Source: Raillietiella orientalis (Eukaryota). Taken from it: a stretch of DNA of 64,000 nucleotides. Of the stretch, positions 61,721 to 64,000 are shown in pieces. A model generated the notes under the pieces. It saw only the letters and a program-made list of their open reading frames with translations. It did no database searches and was not told where the DNA came from. The position numbers and the translations under genes were made by a program. The stretch lies in NCBI GenBank assembly GCA_036172245.1, contig JAYWIR010000042.1:1240001-1304000 (forward strand), written 5' to 3'. Positions within the stretch are counted from its first letter, which is position 1. Each line of letters starts with the position of its first letter.

Positions 61721-63349
61721 GAAGGGAGTGCGTCTCAGGGAATTCCCCTCTATCGTGTCCTATTGGCTCGAGCACAAGTCTCACCCCAACTGCATCTTTA
61801 GAGGGGAGAGAAAAAATTCATTAATGATTGTTCCCCCCCCCCCCCCCACTCACACACACACACACACACACTGTACTTAGTGAAATTGAAGTAAACTTCT
61901 TCTGGCCGTGATTTTTGAGCACCTGCACGTTCCAAACAGTCCACCTTAGATCAAAGCATCTCTTGATTATCATCCATCATGCGCTAGCAAAAGAGGCATT
62001 TTCTGCATAAATCAATGCTCATTGAGACACTTCGTTTCCGCTCGGATCAGCGCGGTGATTATGAAAGCACCTCGGCGAGATTTTAAAATATATATATATT
62101 CGCTTCTACGGAGTACAAATGTACGGACTATACATGGGTATTTTTCGGTATATGCAACCTCGTGCGTGCGTGCGGTACTCCAGGATTCTTTAACGCAAAA
62201 GCGTATGCACCCTGCAAGAGGAACCTGCAATTACAAAACAGGGCAGAGAGGCTGCTTGCCTGCAGAAGGTGTGCAAATTGAGGTCTTTCATTCTACCGTC
62301 CAAGCGAATGTGTACGGAGGTGCAGCAGACGGAATGGAAAGGTCCGCTTGGATGTCTTCTCCACTCGCTTCCAGGACGTCCACCAGCGCAAAAGATTCGC
62401 TGTGTACGACATCCGCGTATTCCGTGCACATCATGTCGATGCAATCGTGAATTCCATATCCTTGTTTGTCGCCTCAGGAACGTACCGTACGCCAAGTGCA
62501 CGAGACGAAGCATCATCCCCCCACCCCTCCCATCCTTCTGATTCGTGTTCGAAACAAATCGCACCCGAACGCCGCATTTCACCACTTCCGTGCAGCACAC
62601 CATTACTTGTCGAAAGTACGATCACCGAAAGCACCACCAGTCTATTGGTAATCGTAATTGAATTGCGGACTTTCTGTGCTCGTGCTGCTCGTGGCAAGAA
62701 ACTCTGGTCCAGCGCATCGAATCATCGTGTCAAAAGGAAGCAATTTCGCTGGATTGTTTTCGGCGGGATGCCTTATCGGAAGGATTCTCAATCCGAGCTG
62801 AATAAACATCCCATTTGCAAATAGATAGCTCCCGGAATGAATTTCTGTAACGGGAAGGAAAAAGACGGATGCCCTCGCACGACTTGCCTGTCCGGGAATG
62901 TTTTGCGATTTGCCTGCGGATTATTCACGAGCAGTCTTGGCAGCCCTGCTGAAAGTTGTTGGTTGTTTTCGAGAGGTGCAGGTTTTTGTGTGCCCCCAAA
63001 CTGGGGGTTCGTTCGAACGCGGGGTTTGCCTGGTGGCGTTCCGGCGAACGGGAACCGCAGCGGTGCTAACGGTCCGCTTGGAGCAGCCAGTCGCATCCGC
63101 GGACCAAAAGCGGCATCAGTCCTCTCGATGCTGAAGATGTCTGAGAGGAGGCCGTAAAAACTACGGGAAACGAGCAGTTCGGCTGAGGATCGAACTCTCG
63201 GTGGTTGTGGCACGCAAGACACAGATCTTTCACAGTCGTTGGACAAAGTTGACGTGGTTCCAGCAATGGCTTCCTCCCCCCCTCCCCAACTCCTCACCCC
63301 TCAAATTTTTTCTTTCGCTTTCGTTTCCAACGAAAGCATCCGGTGAAAT

Positions 63350-63990
63350 ATGTTCAAAAATCCGTTAGCTGCTCTTATCTTGGCAAAAGGGAATTAATCG
63401 ATGTGCGATCGATCACTCGCATCCTGATAAGACGCTTGGCCAAGCGTTTTGGATCCGTCGGTGGCTCCCACATCATGACTTTGACCAACTTGCCATCTTA
63501 CTCGCTTCCTTCTGAACCCACAATGGGAAGACGCGCCATTTCCTTTGCAATTATAACATCCAGAGACGGCTATACGTGGGATGGGGGGGGGGGGGGGGAG
63601 GACCAGTTGGCCAAATGGAAATCAAATTACTGATGCATCAAGGGAGCTGAAATCGAATGCAAATTTGTTCCTGTTCCCCTTGTTACTCGTGTCGAGGTGG
63701 AGGAAAAAGGAACCAAGGAATTAGGGACAAATGAATGCCAAAAAAAAAAAAAAAATGGGATAGGTCGTGGAAGGGTGAGAAAGATCCGCATCGTGCACCA
63801 ACATATCAAAACACTGGATGTGATTTGGAAGGAAAATTCTTGGATGGCTTTACGATGGCATTTTTCGGTGAGTGCGATCTGGCGACCCTGTGTCATTGTT
63901 GAGAAGCCATTTTTTTCGTTTATATTCGAGAGGATGCAAACAAAAGATAAGCTTTACCAGGCGAGCGATAAGCTCTGCTAAGCACTTGTA
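63350..63990 (+). mobile_element. Decayed mariner-like transposase
   Basis: TRILIRRLAKR..SHIMT (~HRILxxxLGxRK..WVPHxLT), AIITSRDGYTW (~IITGDETW) and KIRIVHQH. Confidence 0.35.
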
Positions 63991-64000
63991 AACATAATTA

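Noticed and set aside
1..64000. CRISPR array, rRNA, operons or prokaryotic defence systems
   Set aside because: No regularly spaced repeats or rRNA motifs; spliceosomal introns and metazoan genes show the DNA is eukaryotic.

Overview
Eukaryotic (invertebrate-metazoan-like) genomic DNA, not prokaryotic; the species cannot be assigned from sequence alone. Two intact genes sit tail-to-tail in an AT-rich island. One is a 10-exon GDAP2 orthologue (macro + CRAL-TRIO; 24386-26155, +; all introns under 60 nt, the last probably GC-AG). The other is a TENT5/FAM46 non-canonical poly(A) polymerase in one long ORF (26729-28006, -). The same pair are convergent neighbours on human 1p12. The rest is mostly GC-rich, homopolymer-rich DNA holding many decayed transposons (Tc1, mariner, pogo, hAT, Helitron/Helentron, Ty3/Gypsy, CR1/L2-like). 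Most listed ORFs there are spurious. Unusual structures: (1) a 4.77-kb unit (1851-6618) with 1197-bp near-identical terminal inverted repeats, flanked by a 6-bp direct repeat TCGCAA, enclosing decayed PHD-finger-like sequence; (2) a tRNA-headed repeat of at least about 760 bp in three copies, with a cUUCGg hairpin; (3) a U2 snRNA 5' fragment ending at about nt 37; (4) CpG depletion over the GDAP2 gene body. Transposon remnants were called by eye from short motifs, so their boundaries are approximate.
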